This document shows, piece by piece, positions 38,801 to 47,544 of a stretch of 64,000 nt of DNA (positions are counted from its first letter, which is position 1; each line of letters opens with the position of its first letter). The translations under genes were made by a program, and so were the position numbers. Under the pieces are notes generated by a model. It was not told the origin of the DNA, searched no databases, and saw only the letters and a program-made list of their open reading frames with translations. The stretch comes from Bacteroidia bacterium. Lineage in GTDB: Bacteria > Bacteroidota > Bacteroidia > M30B66. The stretch spans positions 148,473 through 212,472 of the forward strand of contig JAGYKL010000001.1 of the NCBI GenBank assembly GCA_018401705.1, read 5' to 3'.

Positions 38801-39044
38801 CCAATCATCAGAATCACACGTGATGCCTAATCCTGCAAATCAAATGGTGCAGATAAACACCCGAATAAATGATGACGTAACAGGAATCAGCATTTATGAT
38901 ATGTCTGGACGTATGGTGTCTAACACAACAGTATCAGGAAATCAGGCCTTCATTGAGACAAAGTATTTTCCAGAAGGACTTTATATGGTGTTCATTCAAA
39001 CATCTAAAGGAATACTTAGCGAAAAGTTGATGGTTAAACATTAG
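35805..39044 (+). CDS. Subtilisin-like S8 serine peptidase with PKD domain and T9SS C-terminal sorting domain
   Basis: Signal peptide. Catalytic triad contexts GITDAGIQ (Asp), HGMFTTG (His), and [16 protein letters not shown] (Ser). PKD-like segment (…[28 protein letters not shown]…). C-terminus …[13 protein letters not shown]…[22 protein letters not shown] is a type-A CTD. Confidence 0.9.
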   Translation: [1079 protein letters not shown]

Positions 39045-39174
39045 CATTTGATCTTAAGTTTCAAATTGAATATAGCTCAGTAATTTTGGCTAAATCTGTA
39101 GAATCTAGGATTTATAATCACTATAGGTCAATGGCTAAAAAAAGAATAAGAGCTATGCTCTTGGATATTTTCTT

Positions 39175-39410
39175 TTGAATTAAATATCCCAGCGGCAGCT
39201 GGAAGATGAAACATGTCAACTGTTTTAGGTGCACTACCTTAATTAGTTATCCCAGCGATAGCTGGAAGATGAAACATGTCAACTGTTTTAGATAAATTAC
39301 CTTAATTGATTATCCCAGCGGTGACTGGAAGATAAAAACATGTCAACTGTTTTAGGTAAATACCTTAATTGATTATCCCAGCGGCAGCTGGATGCGAAAA
39401 ACAGTGCCTT
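39175..39410. repeat. Tandem array of 63-bp repeats (3 copies plus the parental copy that forms the 3' end of the kinase gene)
   Basis: Units start at about 39175, 39239, 39302 and 39365. Each has the form TTAATT-gaTTATCCCAGCGGCAGCTGGAAGATGAAACATGTCAACTGTTTTAGgtaaatACC, with two internal inverted repeats (CCAGC…GCTGG; AAACA-tgtcaac-TGTTT). Confidence 0.85.
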
Positions 39411-41583
39411 CGCCAAACTTCGATTCGAGTTCAATACTTCCGTTAAGCTTAAGAACGGCGTCTTTAACATTAGAAAGACCCAATCCATTGCTATCATCAC
39501 GTTTCTGAACCGTATAATAATTATCGAATATTCTGGAATGATGCTCGGTAGCTATTCCAATGCCATTATCTTTTACTTCAATTTCAATCATCAAAGGGTA
39601 TTGAGCGCAATTAACCTCAACAAATGAATCTGTTTTACTTGAATCAGCATACTTTATAGCATTAGACAAAAGGTTAGACAAAATACTTCTGAGAAGAGCA
39701 ACATCGCTATTGATAATCAAATCATTTGGCAAAGTATTAATAAGGTTAATTTTTTCAGCTCCAGGTGTAAACCTTAATTCATCGAATAATTCATTAACCA
39801 AGTTATTTAGGTTGATTTCAGCTCTTAGCAAACCACCTCTATTCTTCAAAGAGGAAATAATATCACTCGTAAATGTTTCTAATTTCTTGAGGCTTTTCTC
39901 CATCATGGTTAGATACTGACCAAACTCTTCAGGATTCTTCTCATCCTTAGCTAAAGTAATAAGTCCACTAACCGAATTCATTGGAGCTTTTAAATCATGA
40001 GAAAGGATTTTCACCAATCGGTCAAGCTCCTTATTATTCTTTTCGATTTCATCGAACTGGCCTTTGAACTGCTCATCGGCACGTTTACGTTCGGTTATAT
40101 TTAAGAAGCTTGCACAAACCCCAAGCACTTCAAAACTTTCGTCAGCAACAGGGCTCATGTTTACGCTAAACCAATGAACCGAGGTAGGAGAAAAGCGATA
40201 AGCCATTTCCCATTGAACAACTTTACCTGAAAGTGACTCATTAAATTTCTCTGAAAACTCTTCCACATTGTCGGCTAAAAGATATTCGCTCACCGGGTGA
40301 CCTTCTGTGAGAACTTCACCTAGCAACTGAATATGATGGCGCAGAGAATTTGAGTTAAATGCTTTTAAACGCATATCTGAATCAATGAGCAAAATGCTTT
40401 GATTTACATTATTGAAAATCGAGTTAAGCATTGCCACAGTTTCTTTTTGCTTTTCGTTAAAGAACTTGCTTTCGGTAATGTCTTTGCATACCCTAATTAC
40501 ACCTACTGCATTTTCTTTATCGTCGTAAAGCAAAGATGCTTTTACATCAGTCCAAACAATTCGGTCGTCGCTAGAAATCAATCTAGTATCCCACTGTTGC
40601 AATTCGCCTGTAAGCACAGATTTCTGCTCAGATTTAACTTTAGATTTATCTTTTTCAGAATAGAGAATGTCAAAATTTCTCCCAACTATTTCTTCTCTGG
40701 GGTAACCAAAAGTTAATTCGGCTCCTTCGTTCCAATAGGTTATAAAACCATTTAAATCTGTAACAAAAATGGTGTCTCTAACATTTTTCAGGACTCCAGC
40801 CTGGAATAAAGCTTCTTCTTGAACCCTTCGCTTTTCGGTAATATCATCGGCTAAGACCAGCATGCTTGATTTACCATCAATTACAATTTGCTGGGCTCTG
40901 CATTCAACGGTTAACACCTTTCCATTCTTGCAAACGTGTTTAAAAACTACAATTCTACCCGACTTTCCTTTACTTGAAGCAATTGTTTCTTTGAGGGCAT
41001 TAAGTTCTTCGGGCGGATGCAGATCAAACACTGTCATTTTCAGCATTTCATCCTCTGAATATCCGAAATGCTCTATTGCTGCTTGATTAACTTTAATGAT
41101 AGAATAATTGTCCATATCCCTTATGTACATTGGGATAGGGTTATTTTCAAAAAGTAATTTGTAAGATGATTGACTTTGGCGTAGTAATTCCATACTTGCC
41201 TTTCGTTCAATACTATATAAGATTGATTTTGATAGTAAATTTTCCTCAAAATCACCTTTAACTAAATAATCCTGGGCTCCAATTTTAACAGCTTCATGTG
41301 CGAATTTTGTATCACTCAATCCAGATAAAATGAGAATTGGAATTGATGAACTTGTGATATTTAATCTAGAAAATGAGTCAATTCCGTATGAATCAGGAAG
41401 CGACAAATCCAGTAAGACAACATCCACTTGGTCATTTCTTAAATGCTCAATAGCTTCAGATAACGTTGTAACATGACTTACCTCTTTCCCGAAATCCCTA
41501 ATAGCATTAAGCATTTCCTGAATGAGGAGAAAGTCTCCAAGATTGTCTTCGACAACCAATATATGTAACCTTTTCGGCTCCAT
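39373..41583 (-). CDS. Hybrid sensor histidine kinase (REC – PAS repeats – HisKA – HATPase_c)
   Basis: N-terminal receiver domain (…LVVEDNLGDF…VDVVLLDLSLPD…). Several PAS modules. H-box LSHDLKAPMNSVSGL. ATPase G-boxes (…VKDNGIGI…GLGLS…). Confidence 0.9.
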   Translation of the reverse strand: MEPKRLHILVVEDNLGDFLLIQEMLNAIRDFGKEVSHVTTLSEAIEHLRNDQVDVVLLDLSLPDSYGIDSFSRLNITSSSIPILILSGLSDTKFAHEAVKIGAQDYLVKGDFEENLLSKSILYSIERKASMELLRQSQSSYKLLFENNPIPMYIRDMDNYSIIKVNQAAIEHFGYSEDEMLKMTVFDLHPPEELNALKETIASSKGKSGRIVVFKHVCKNGKVLTVECRAQQIVIDGKSSMLVLADDITEKRRVQEEALFQAGVLKNVRDTIFVTDLNGFITYWNEGAELTFGYPREEIVGRNFDILYSEKDKSKVKSEQKSVLTGELQQWDTRLISSDDRIVWTDVKASLLYDDKENAVGVIRVCKDITESKFFNEKQKETVAMLNSIFNNVNQSILLIDSDMRLKAFNSNSLRHHIQLLGEVLTEGHPVSEYLLADNVEEFSEKFNESLSGKVVQWEMAYRFSPTSVHWFSVNMSPVADESFEVLGVCASFLNITERKRADEQFKGQFDEIEKNNKELDRLVKILSHDLKAPMNSVSGLITLAKDEKNPEEFGQYLTMMEKSLKKLETFTSDIISSLKNRGGLLRAEINLNNLVNELFDELRFTPGAEKINLINTLPNDLIINSDVALLRSILSNLLSNAIKYADSSKTDSFVEVNCAQYPLMIEIEVKDNGIGIATEHHSRIFDNYYTVQKRDDSNGLGLSNVKDAVLKLNGSIELESKFGEGTVFRIQLPLG

Positions 41584-41839
41584 GGATTATTTGAGATTAT
41601 CCTTACAGCCAAAGAAAAGACACACAATCAGTTGTATCTAGATTTTGCTTAGGGTAAAGTATGGTCATTTAATAGTTTTCGAACAATTACGTAATAAGCT
41701 ATGCATTAGTTTCAAACGGGTATTAGTAGTTGAAATTATACCAATATTAATAATGTAGATTAATTCAAAAATAAATTAAAGAGCGACTTAATACAGAGCA
41801 ATACAATACTTTTGTTTATATTTAGTAAAAATAACAGGA

Positions 41840-44359
41840 ATGATAGGGGCAGATTCAAACCTGTACAAGCAGCTTTTTTATGAAAGCGCGACTCCTCGCT
41901 GTCTTACTGACATAAGAGGAAATTTAGTTTTGGCTAATTATGCTTTACAAAAGGTATTTGGCCTGGTTCAAGATGAAAAAGAATTGACAGAGATTTCAAT
42001 TCTGAGTATTGTTGACACCAATCTCAGTGAAGTAAATAAAACTTTTAAAGAGGACCTACAAAATTTCAAACAAGGTTTCGGATGCGAAACAGGAAAGATT
42101 GTCTTTAACAAGGCTGAAGGTGAAAAAATCAAGTTAGATTATATTCGAAAAAGAATTCAACTTGGAGACAAAGACTTAATAAGTTATGAGTGGAATGATG
42201 TTTCAGACAAAGTTGAAGTAATTAAGTCATACAAGATAGCGGCAGAGAGCGTTAGCTTAGCTGCAGAAATTAATCATCTTGGTGTTTGGGAATTTGAGTT
42301 TGAGAGCCAGTTATTTAAGGCCAACAAAAAAATGTTCGAAATCTTCGGCTTAGAACATGATGCAGAAATTGCCGATAGAGACTTATTTAAACGGTTAATC
42401 CCCGATGCGCAATTAGAGAAATTCATAGAAGCCTGGCAGAAGGGAGTTGAATCAAAAAAGAAATTTTATTCAACCATAGAAATTGAAAATCCAAAAACGG
42501 GAAAAAGAATTATTCAAATCCATGGCAAGTGCTTGTATGACTCTGTTGGTAAGCCTTGGAAATACCTGGGTATTAACCTGGATGTGACTTATCAAAAATC
42601 AAGGGAAGAGGAGATATTAAAAGATTGGGCGATGATGCAGTCTTTGCTTGACTCTCAGTCGAATTTGATTATTAGAATAAACAAAGCAGGACTTTTAACT
42701 TTTTGCAATAAAAGTTTCAGAAGTATGTTCAATGTTTCGCTGAAATGTGCTTCAGAAATTTACTTAAAGGACTTTTTAAATGCAGAAGATGAAAAAACCT
42801 TGTCGACGGCCATTGAAAACTGCCTTAACAACCCTGGCAAATCATTCGTTATTTTTACAAGCTCACGGAATGATGCTAAAAATAAGTTTAATACCGAGTG
42901 GGAATTCAGGGCAATACCGGAGTTAAATTCTGAAAACATTGAAATCCAAGGCGTTGGCAGGGATATTTCTGAAAAGTTCCAACTCAATCTAAAAGTAGAA
43001 GAAACTCTTGGTAAGTTAAGCTCACTTATAAACAACTTCAATGATGTTAGCATCTGGTCAATTGATGAAACCTATCATTTAACAGCATCTAATAAATATT
43101 TTCAGGAAGAATTCTTAAAAGTACATGGAAGGATGATTCATCCAGGAGATAATATTCTGGAAATGATAAGACCTGAAATGAAAGATTATTGGCAGGCTTT
43201 AAATGACGACATATTTAAAAACGGGGCAAAAACCATTCAATATGAATTAGATGGAAGGTTTTTTGAGGTTTCATTCTCGCCAGTTAAAATAAATAGCCAA
43301 GTTAAAGGTCTTACTGCCTATGGCAGGGATATAACTGCCAGCAAGCTGGCTGAGGAAGCCTTGAAGCTGAGCGAAGAGCGACTGCAGTTTGCAGTTGAAG
43401 GTAATGAATATGTAGTTTGGGATTTAATGGTACCAGAAGGTAAAATTGAATTCTCTGATTCATTCTTAAGAATTTTCAATTTCACAAATAAAGAGATTAT
43501 CGAAACACTTGATGTTTGGTCAGAAATCGTTCATCCTGACGATCTTGCTGAAACAGGAAGTATTTTCGAGAAAATAGTTAGTGGAGAAATCAATGTTTTT
43601 AGTTCTGAATTCAGAATTTTAAATGGGAGCGGCCAACTTAAATGGGTTTTAAACAGAGGTAAAGTTTTTGAAAAAGATGAAAATGGGAACGCATTGAGAA
43701 TAATTGGTATTCTTAGCGATATTTCAGAACGAAAGAGAATAGAAACTCAAAATGAGGGTTATATTGAGAAACTAGAGAAATTCGCCCACCTCACCTCCCA
43801 CTCCTTAAGAAGACCACTCGCTAACATTATTGGAATAGCAACCTTATTAAAAGAAGAATCTTTAAGTCCTATTCAGCAGAATAATATTATTCTGGAAATG
43901 AGGAAATCGGCTTTTGCGATGGATGATGTTATAAAAGATATGTCTGATGCAATTTCTTTTGTGAAAGGAGCCAAGATTACTTCTGGTCAAACTAAGTTTA
44001 AATCAATATGGTTTATTGATGATGATTTAATCAATAATATGTTGAGCGAAAGGCTCATGAACAGGGTAATGCCGAAAGTAAAATCAAAATCTTTTACAAA
44101 CGCTGAGGAGGCATTAAATGTGCTATTAAGTAATCAAGAAGAAACTCCAGATTCTATTTTTCTGGATATAAACATGCCTGTGATGAATGGCTGGGAATTT
44201 CTTGATGCTTTAGCTGTGCATAAAATTAATATCCCTGTGTTTATGCTAACTTCCTCAATTGATCCAAGAGATCAGGAAAAAGCCGTTTCCTATGCGCAAG
44301 TGAATGATTTTATCTCTAAACCTCTTCGAGAAGAACGCTTGAAATTAATCGTTGGATAG
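41840..44359 (+). CDS. Multi-PAS sensor protein with HisKA phosphoacceptor domain and C-terminal receiver, lacking an ATPase (HATPase_c) domain
   Basis: 839 aa. PAS repeats through about residue 640. H-box …FAHLTSHSLRRPLANIIGIATLL…. About 60 aa later the REC domain begins directly (…IWFIDDD…FLDINMPVMNGWEF…MLTSS…ISKP…). I find no N/G1/G2 ATP-binding boxes. Confidence 0.8.
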   Translation: MIGADSNLYKQLFYESATPRCLTDIRGNLVLANYALQKVFGLVQDEKELTEISILSIVDTNLSEVNKTFKEDLQNFKQGFGCETGKIVFNKAEGEKIKLDYIRKRIQLGDKDLISYEWNDVSDKVEVIKSYKIAAESVSLAAEINHLGVWEFEFESQLFKANKKMFEIFGLEHDAEIADRDLFKRLIPDAQLEKFIEAWQKGVESKKKFYSTIEIENPKTGKRIIQIHGKCLYDSVGKPWKYLGINLDVTYQKSREEEILKDWAMMQSLLDSQSNLIIRINKAGLLTFCNKSFRSMFNVSLKCASEIYLKDFLNAEDEKTLSTAIENCLNNPGKSFVIFTSSRNDAKNKFNTEWEFRAIPELNSENIEIQGVGRDISEKFQLNLKVEETLGKLSSLINNFNDVSIWSIDETYHLTASNKYFQEEFLKVHGRMIHPGDNILEMIRPEMKDYWQALNDDIFKNGAKTIQYELDGRFFEVSFSPVKINSQVKGLTAYGRDITASKLAEEALKLSEERLQFAVEGNEYVVWDLMVPEGKIEFSDSFLRIFNFTNKEIIETLDVWSEIVHPDDLAETGSIFEKIVSGEINVFSSEFRILNGSGQLKWVLNRGKVFEKDENGNALRIIGILSDISERKRIETQNEGYIEKLEKFAHLTSHSLRRPLANIIGIATLLKEESLSPIQQNNIILEMRKSAFAMDDVIKDMSDAISFVKGAKITSGQTKFKSIWFIDDDLINNMLSERLMNRVMPKVKSKSFTNAEEALNVLLSNQEETPDSIFLDINMPVMNGWEFLDALAVHKINIPVFMLTSSIDPRDQEKAVSYAQVNDFISKPLREERLKLIVG

Positions 44360-47107
44360 TTCCTTTATTATGCTGAAGCTAAATTTACTGCCTTCTCCAG
44401 GAATACTCTCAACCCACATTTTACCTTCATGCTTTTCAACAATTTTCTTGCACACAGCCAAGCCTATTCCTGTGCCAGAATATTCATTCTTATTATGAAG
44501 CCTTTTAAAAGGCAGATAAATCATATCAAAATGCTTTGGATCAATTCCAATTCCATTGTCTTTAACAAAGAAAACATGATGAGAATCTGTTTCTGAAAAA
44601 CCAATCTCGATTATTGGCTTATTGCTTCTATTGTATTTTAATGCATTAGAAATTAAGTTATCAAAGAGCTGCCCTACTAATGAATGTATGGCCCTTATAT
44701 TAGGGCAATTAGCAATTTTGATTTCCGCACTTTTAGATTTGATGATTTCCTGATATACCATTATAGTATCATCTAAAATTGCATTAACATCAACATCCTG
44801 AAAATCTTCCTCGGTAGTTCCAACTCTCGAATATGTCAAAAGATCTCGAATAAGCCTTTTCATTCTCAATGCACCGTCTATTGCAAATGAAATATACTGT
44901 TCTGACTTTTCATTTTTCTCCACATCATCGCTGTTTTGAAGGAGTTGCATGAAGCTCGAGATCATTCTAAGAGGTTCCTGCAAATCATGCGAAACGATGT
45001 ATGCAAATTGCTCAAGCTCCTTATTAAAGCCTTGCAGTTGTTTTGCTCTTTGCTGAAGAGCATCATTTAACTTGATTAATGTTTCTTCACTTTCCTTTAA
45101 AGGCGTAATATCCTGCATAACACCTACCATTCGTTCACACTCACCTTTACTATTGTAAATAAAAACTCCTCGATCAAGAATTGATTTGTAAGAACCGTCT
45201 ATGCAGCGAAATCTATACTCCTCTATCCAAAGACGCTCTTTTTTAAGTGATGCAATAGATAAGTTGCCCTCAACCCTTGCTTTATCCATTTCATGAATAA
45301 ATGAAGACCAGCCCTTCATGTTATTATAACTTTGAATATCCTGATGCCCAAAAAGTCGGTGAAATCCATTTCCCCAAACAATGTTGTCATTCATCACATC
45401 CCATTCATAAATGGCGTCATTAATTGCCTCACTAAACAATTGAAACCGCTCATTCCCTTTTCGCTGCTCTTCATCATACTTAATTCTTAATGTGATATCC
45501 TTAGCAGCAGCATAAATTATTTGCTCATCGGGATTGTATGTAAAGGACCATTCCAACAAGCTTGATACATTCTTGCCTTTTAAGATGTTTTCAAAAGTTA
45601 CTGTTTGACCTGATTTAACTTCTCTAAGCTTTGCTAGGGTTAATTCTTGATAATCCTCATCAATTAAATCAACAAACGAGAGACTCCTTATTTCAGTTTG
45701 GCTTAATCCTACCGTTTCTAAGATTTGACGATTTGCTTTGTAAATCCTCCCGTTTGCTTCAAGTACGCATAAAAAGTCTGGAACCAATTCAAACATTTGT
45801 TCCGATTCATATGAAATCCTTTGCTTCTCGATGTATACGCCAAGTCTTTGTGATAACTCTCTGACCACAAAAATCAAATCTTCAGAGAATTCAGGAGATT
45901 TTTGAGAGGCTAAAAATGAAAATAAAGCAACTGTATTATCACCAAAAATTACAGGCATTGAGAAACCTACAGCCATTCCAGCTTTTTGAGCGTATTCCTT
46001 ACGGGGGAAATTTTCGTCGATGTATAAGTGTGTTGCTTTGTGAGGAAGGGATTGACCTTTTTTTGTTTTTAAAGCGTGTTCAATTTCGTCTGATATTTCC
46101 CCAGATCGAGTTACATCAAGAAGTTCTTTGAAGGCCTCACCTTCAGGATAATTCCAAGAAAAAAGCTTCATTCTTCTATGGATGTAATCTGGCAACCAAA
46201 CTTCTGCGCACTCCCAACCAAACTTAAGAGATAGAGTTGTTATTACTTTTCGCAGAATAGATTTAAGATCGTTTTCTCCTTGAAAAAGAGCTATCAGATT
46301 TGTTATTTGCAGCTCATAGCGTTGCTTTAGCTGAAGCATTGTTGCTTCACGGCCTACAAAATACACAGCACTTACTTTTCCGTGAGCAAGAAGCGGTGTT
46401 AAAGTAAAACTAAACCAAAGAGCATGGCTGTTTCTACCTTTTAAGGAAGCCAATAAAGTTTGCTGAACTCCTTGAATTGCTCCTCTAAAAGCATTTTCCG
46501 GATCTTCATCTTCTGCGCTATGCAAATTGCTTAAAATCTGATTTTCAGTCCAATACCCTGAATCTTTGCCAGTGTGGCGATAAAAAGCTCCATTTGCATA
46601 AATGCATTGCCCATAAGCATCTATACAAAACACAATTTCTTCACTATCTTCAAACAATCGAGACAAATGCTCCTTTTGTTTTTCAAAAGAAAGTTCTTCT
46701 TTCTTTTTTTTACTTAGCTCTTGCTGAATCCAAAGCTGGTAGCTTCTTCCATTCTCATGGTAAGAAGTCACTATAAATCGAATCCAGATAGAATCTCCTG
46801 ATGGTAATTCTAAATAAATCTCAGGTCTAATGGATTTGCCCAGCAAAAGGGCTTGATAAAAAACGTCAAGCTGCTGACTGTCTGCAGAAGTCTTAAAGAT
46901 TACAAATGGATTCTTACCAATTATTTCAGATTCTTCTGAATTGGCAAAATCAATGAATGCTTGATTTACATACTCTATTTCAACTTGTTTGGCTTGCCCT
47001 GTCGGAAAACTGCTTATCATACCAACTGATGAAGAATAAGCTAAAGCATTTATCAAGAGTCCACTAGGGAAGATATTCAATGGTTTTTCAGAAGGCATTT
47101 CATTCAT
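44345..47107 (-). CDS. PAS/GAF sensor histidine kinase
   Basis: Start set at MNEMPSEKPLN… to avoid overlapping the upstream gene. H-box VSHDLQEPLRMISSFMQLL. ATPase boxes (…VKDNGIGIDPKHFDMIY…GTGIGLAVCKKIV…). Overlaps the convergent gene by 15 nt. Confidence 0.85.
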   Translation of the reverse strand: MNEMPSEKPLNIFPSGLLINALAYSSSVGMISSFPTGQAKQVEIEYVNQAFIDFANSEESEIIGKNPFVIFKTSADSQQLDVFYQALLLGKSIRPEIYLELPSGDSIWIRFIVTSYHENGRSYQLWIQQELSKKKKEELSFEKQKEHLSRLFEDSEEIVFCIDAYGQCIYANGAFYRHTGKDSGYWTENQILSNLHSAEDEDPENAFRGAIQGVQQTLLASLKGRNSHALWFSFTLTPLLAHGKVSAVYFVGREATMLQLKQRYELQITNLIALFQGENDLKSILRKVITTLSLKFGWECAEVWLPDYIHRRMKLFSWNYPEGEAFKELLDVTRSGEISDEIEHALKTKKGQSLPHKATHLYIDENFPRKEYAQKAGMAVGFSMPVIFGDNTVALFSFLASQKSPEFSEDLIFVVRELSQRLGVYIEKQRISYESEQMFELVPDFLCVLEANGRIYKANRQILETVGLSQTEIRSLSFVDLIDEDYQELTLAKLREVKSGQTVTFENILKGKNVSSLLEWSFTYNPDEQIIYAAAKDITLRIKYDEEQRKGNERFQLFSEAINDAIYEWDVMNDNIVWGNGFHRLFGHQDIQSYNNMKGWSSFIHEMDKARVEGNLSIASLKKERLWIEEYRFRCIDGSYKSILDRGVFIYNSKGECERMVGVMQDITPLKESEETLIKLNDALQQRAKQLQGFNKELEQFAYIVSHDLQEPLRMISSFMQLLQNSDDVEKNEKSEQYISFAIDGALRMKRLIRDLLTYSRVGTTEEDFQDVDVNAILDDTIMVYQEIIKSKSAEIKIANCPNIRAIHSLVGQLFDNLISNALKYNRSNKPIIEIGFSETDSHHVFFVKDNGIGIDPKHFDMIYLPFKRLHNKNEYSGTGIGLAVCKKIVEKHEGKMWVESIPGEGSKFSFSIIKELSND

Positions 47108-47465
47108 CTTTTTTACTTCCCTGATTGTTAAACTGTGATAATATATAAGTAAACAAAGAAACAAGAATACTTAAAATGATTGCCCAAGCCAAAGACCTCA
47201 CTTGAAAGCCCTCTAAAAAATAGTCTATTAATAAAATAATGCTCCCGTTTATTACTAGTAAAAACAAACCCATGGTAAAAATGGTGATTGGGAAAGTCAA
47301 TAAAATCAGCACAGGTCTTACAAGAGTATTGAGTGCCGATAAAAAAAACGCAATCACCCAAGCTAAACGAAAATCATCAATATTCACCCCTGGAAGAAAA
47401 TATGTGGCAAACAATATTGCAAGGCCACTTAAGCTGACTTTTATAATCCAATTTCTAAAAAGCAT
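47100..47465 (-). CDS. Phage-holin-4_2 / DUF360 family membrane protein
   Basis: Start set at MLFRNWIIKVSLSGLAILFATYFLPGV… Four TM helices with the conserved …NTLVRPVLILLTFPITIFTMGLFLLVIN… pattern of that family. Confidence 0.55.
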   Translation of the reverse strand: MLFRNWIIKVSLSGLAILFATYFLPGVNIDDFRLAWVIAFFLSALNTLVRPVLILLTFPITIFTMGLFLLVINGSIILLIDYFLEGFQVRSLAWAIILSILVSLFTYILSQFNNQGSKKDE

Positions 47466-47544
47466 CAAGATAAAAGTACAAAATGAATAAGATTGCACCT
47501 ACACTGAACTATATTCGCACATAATTTATTTTCAGCATAGTATT

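Noticed and set aside
39175-39410. Possible CRISPR array (regular ~63-bp periodicity)
   Set aside because: The units are near-identical copies of the gene 3' end itself. There are no unique spacers between conserved repeats and no cas genes nearby. It is a tandem duplication.
39297-39500. 67-aa ORF spanning the tandem repeats
   Set aside because: Its repetitive sequence (…SSCRWDNQLRYLPKTVDMFLSSSHRWDNQLR) is an out-of-frame reading of the 63-bp repeats and overlaps the kinase 3' end.
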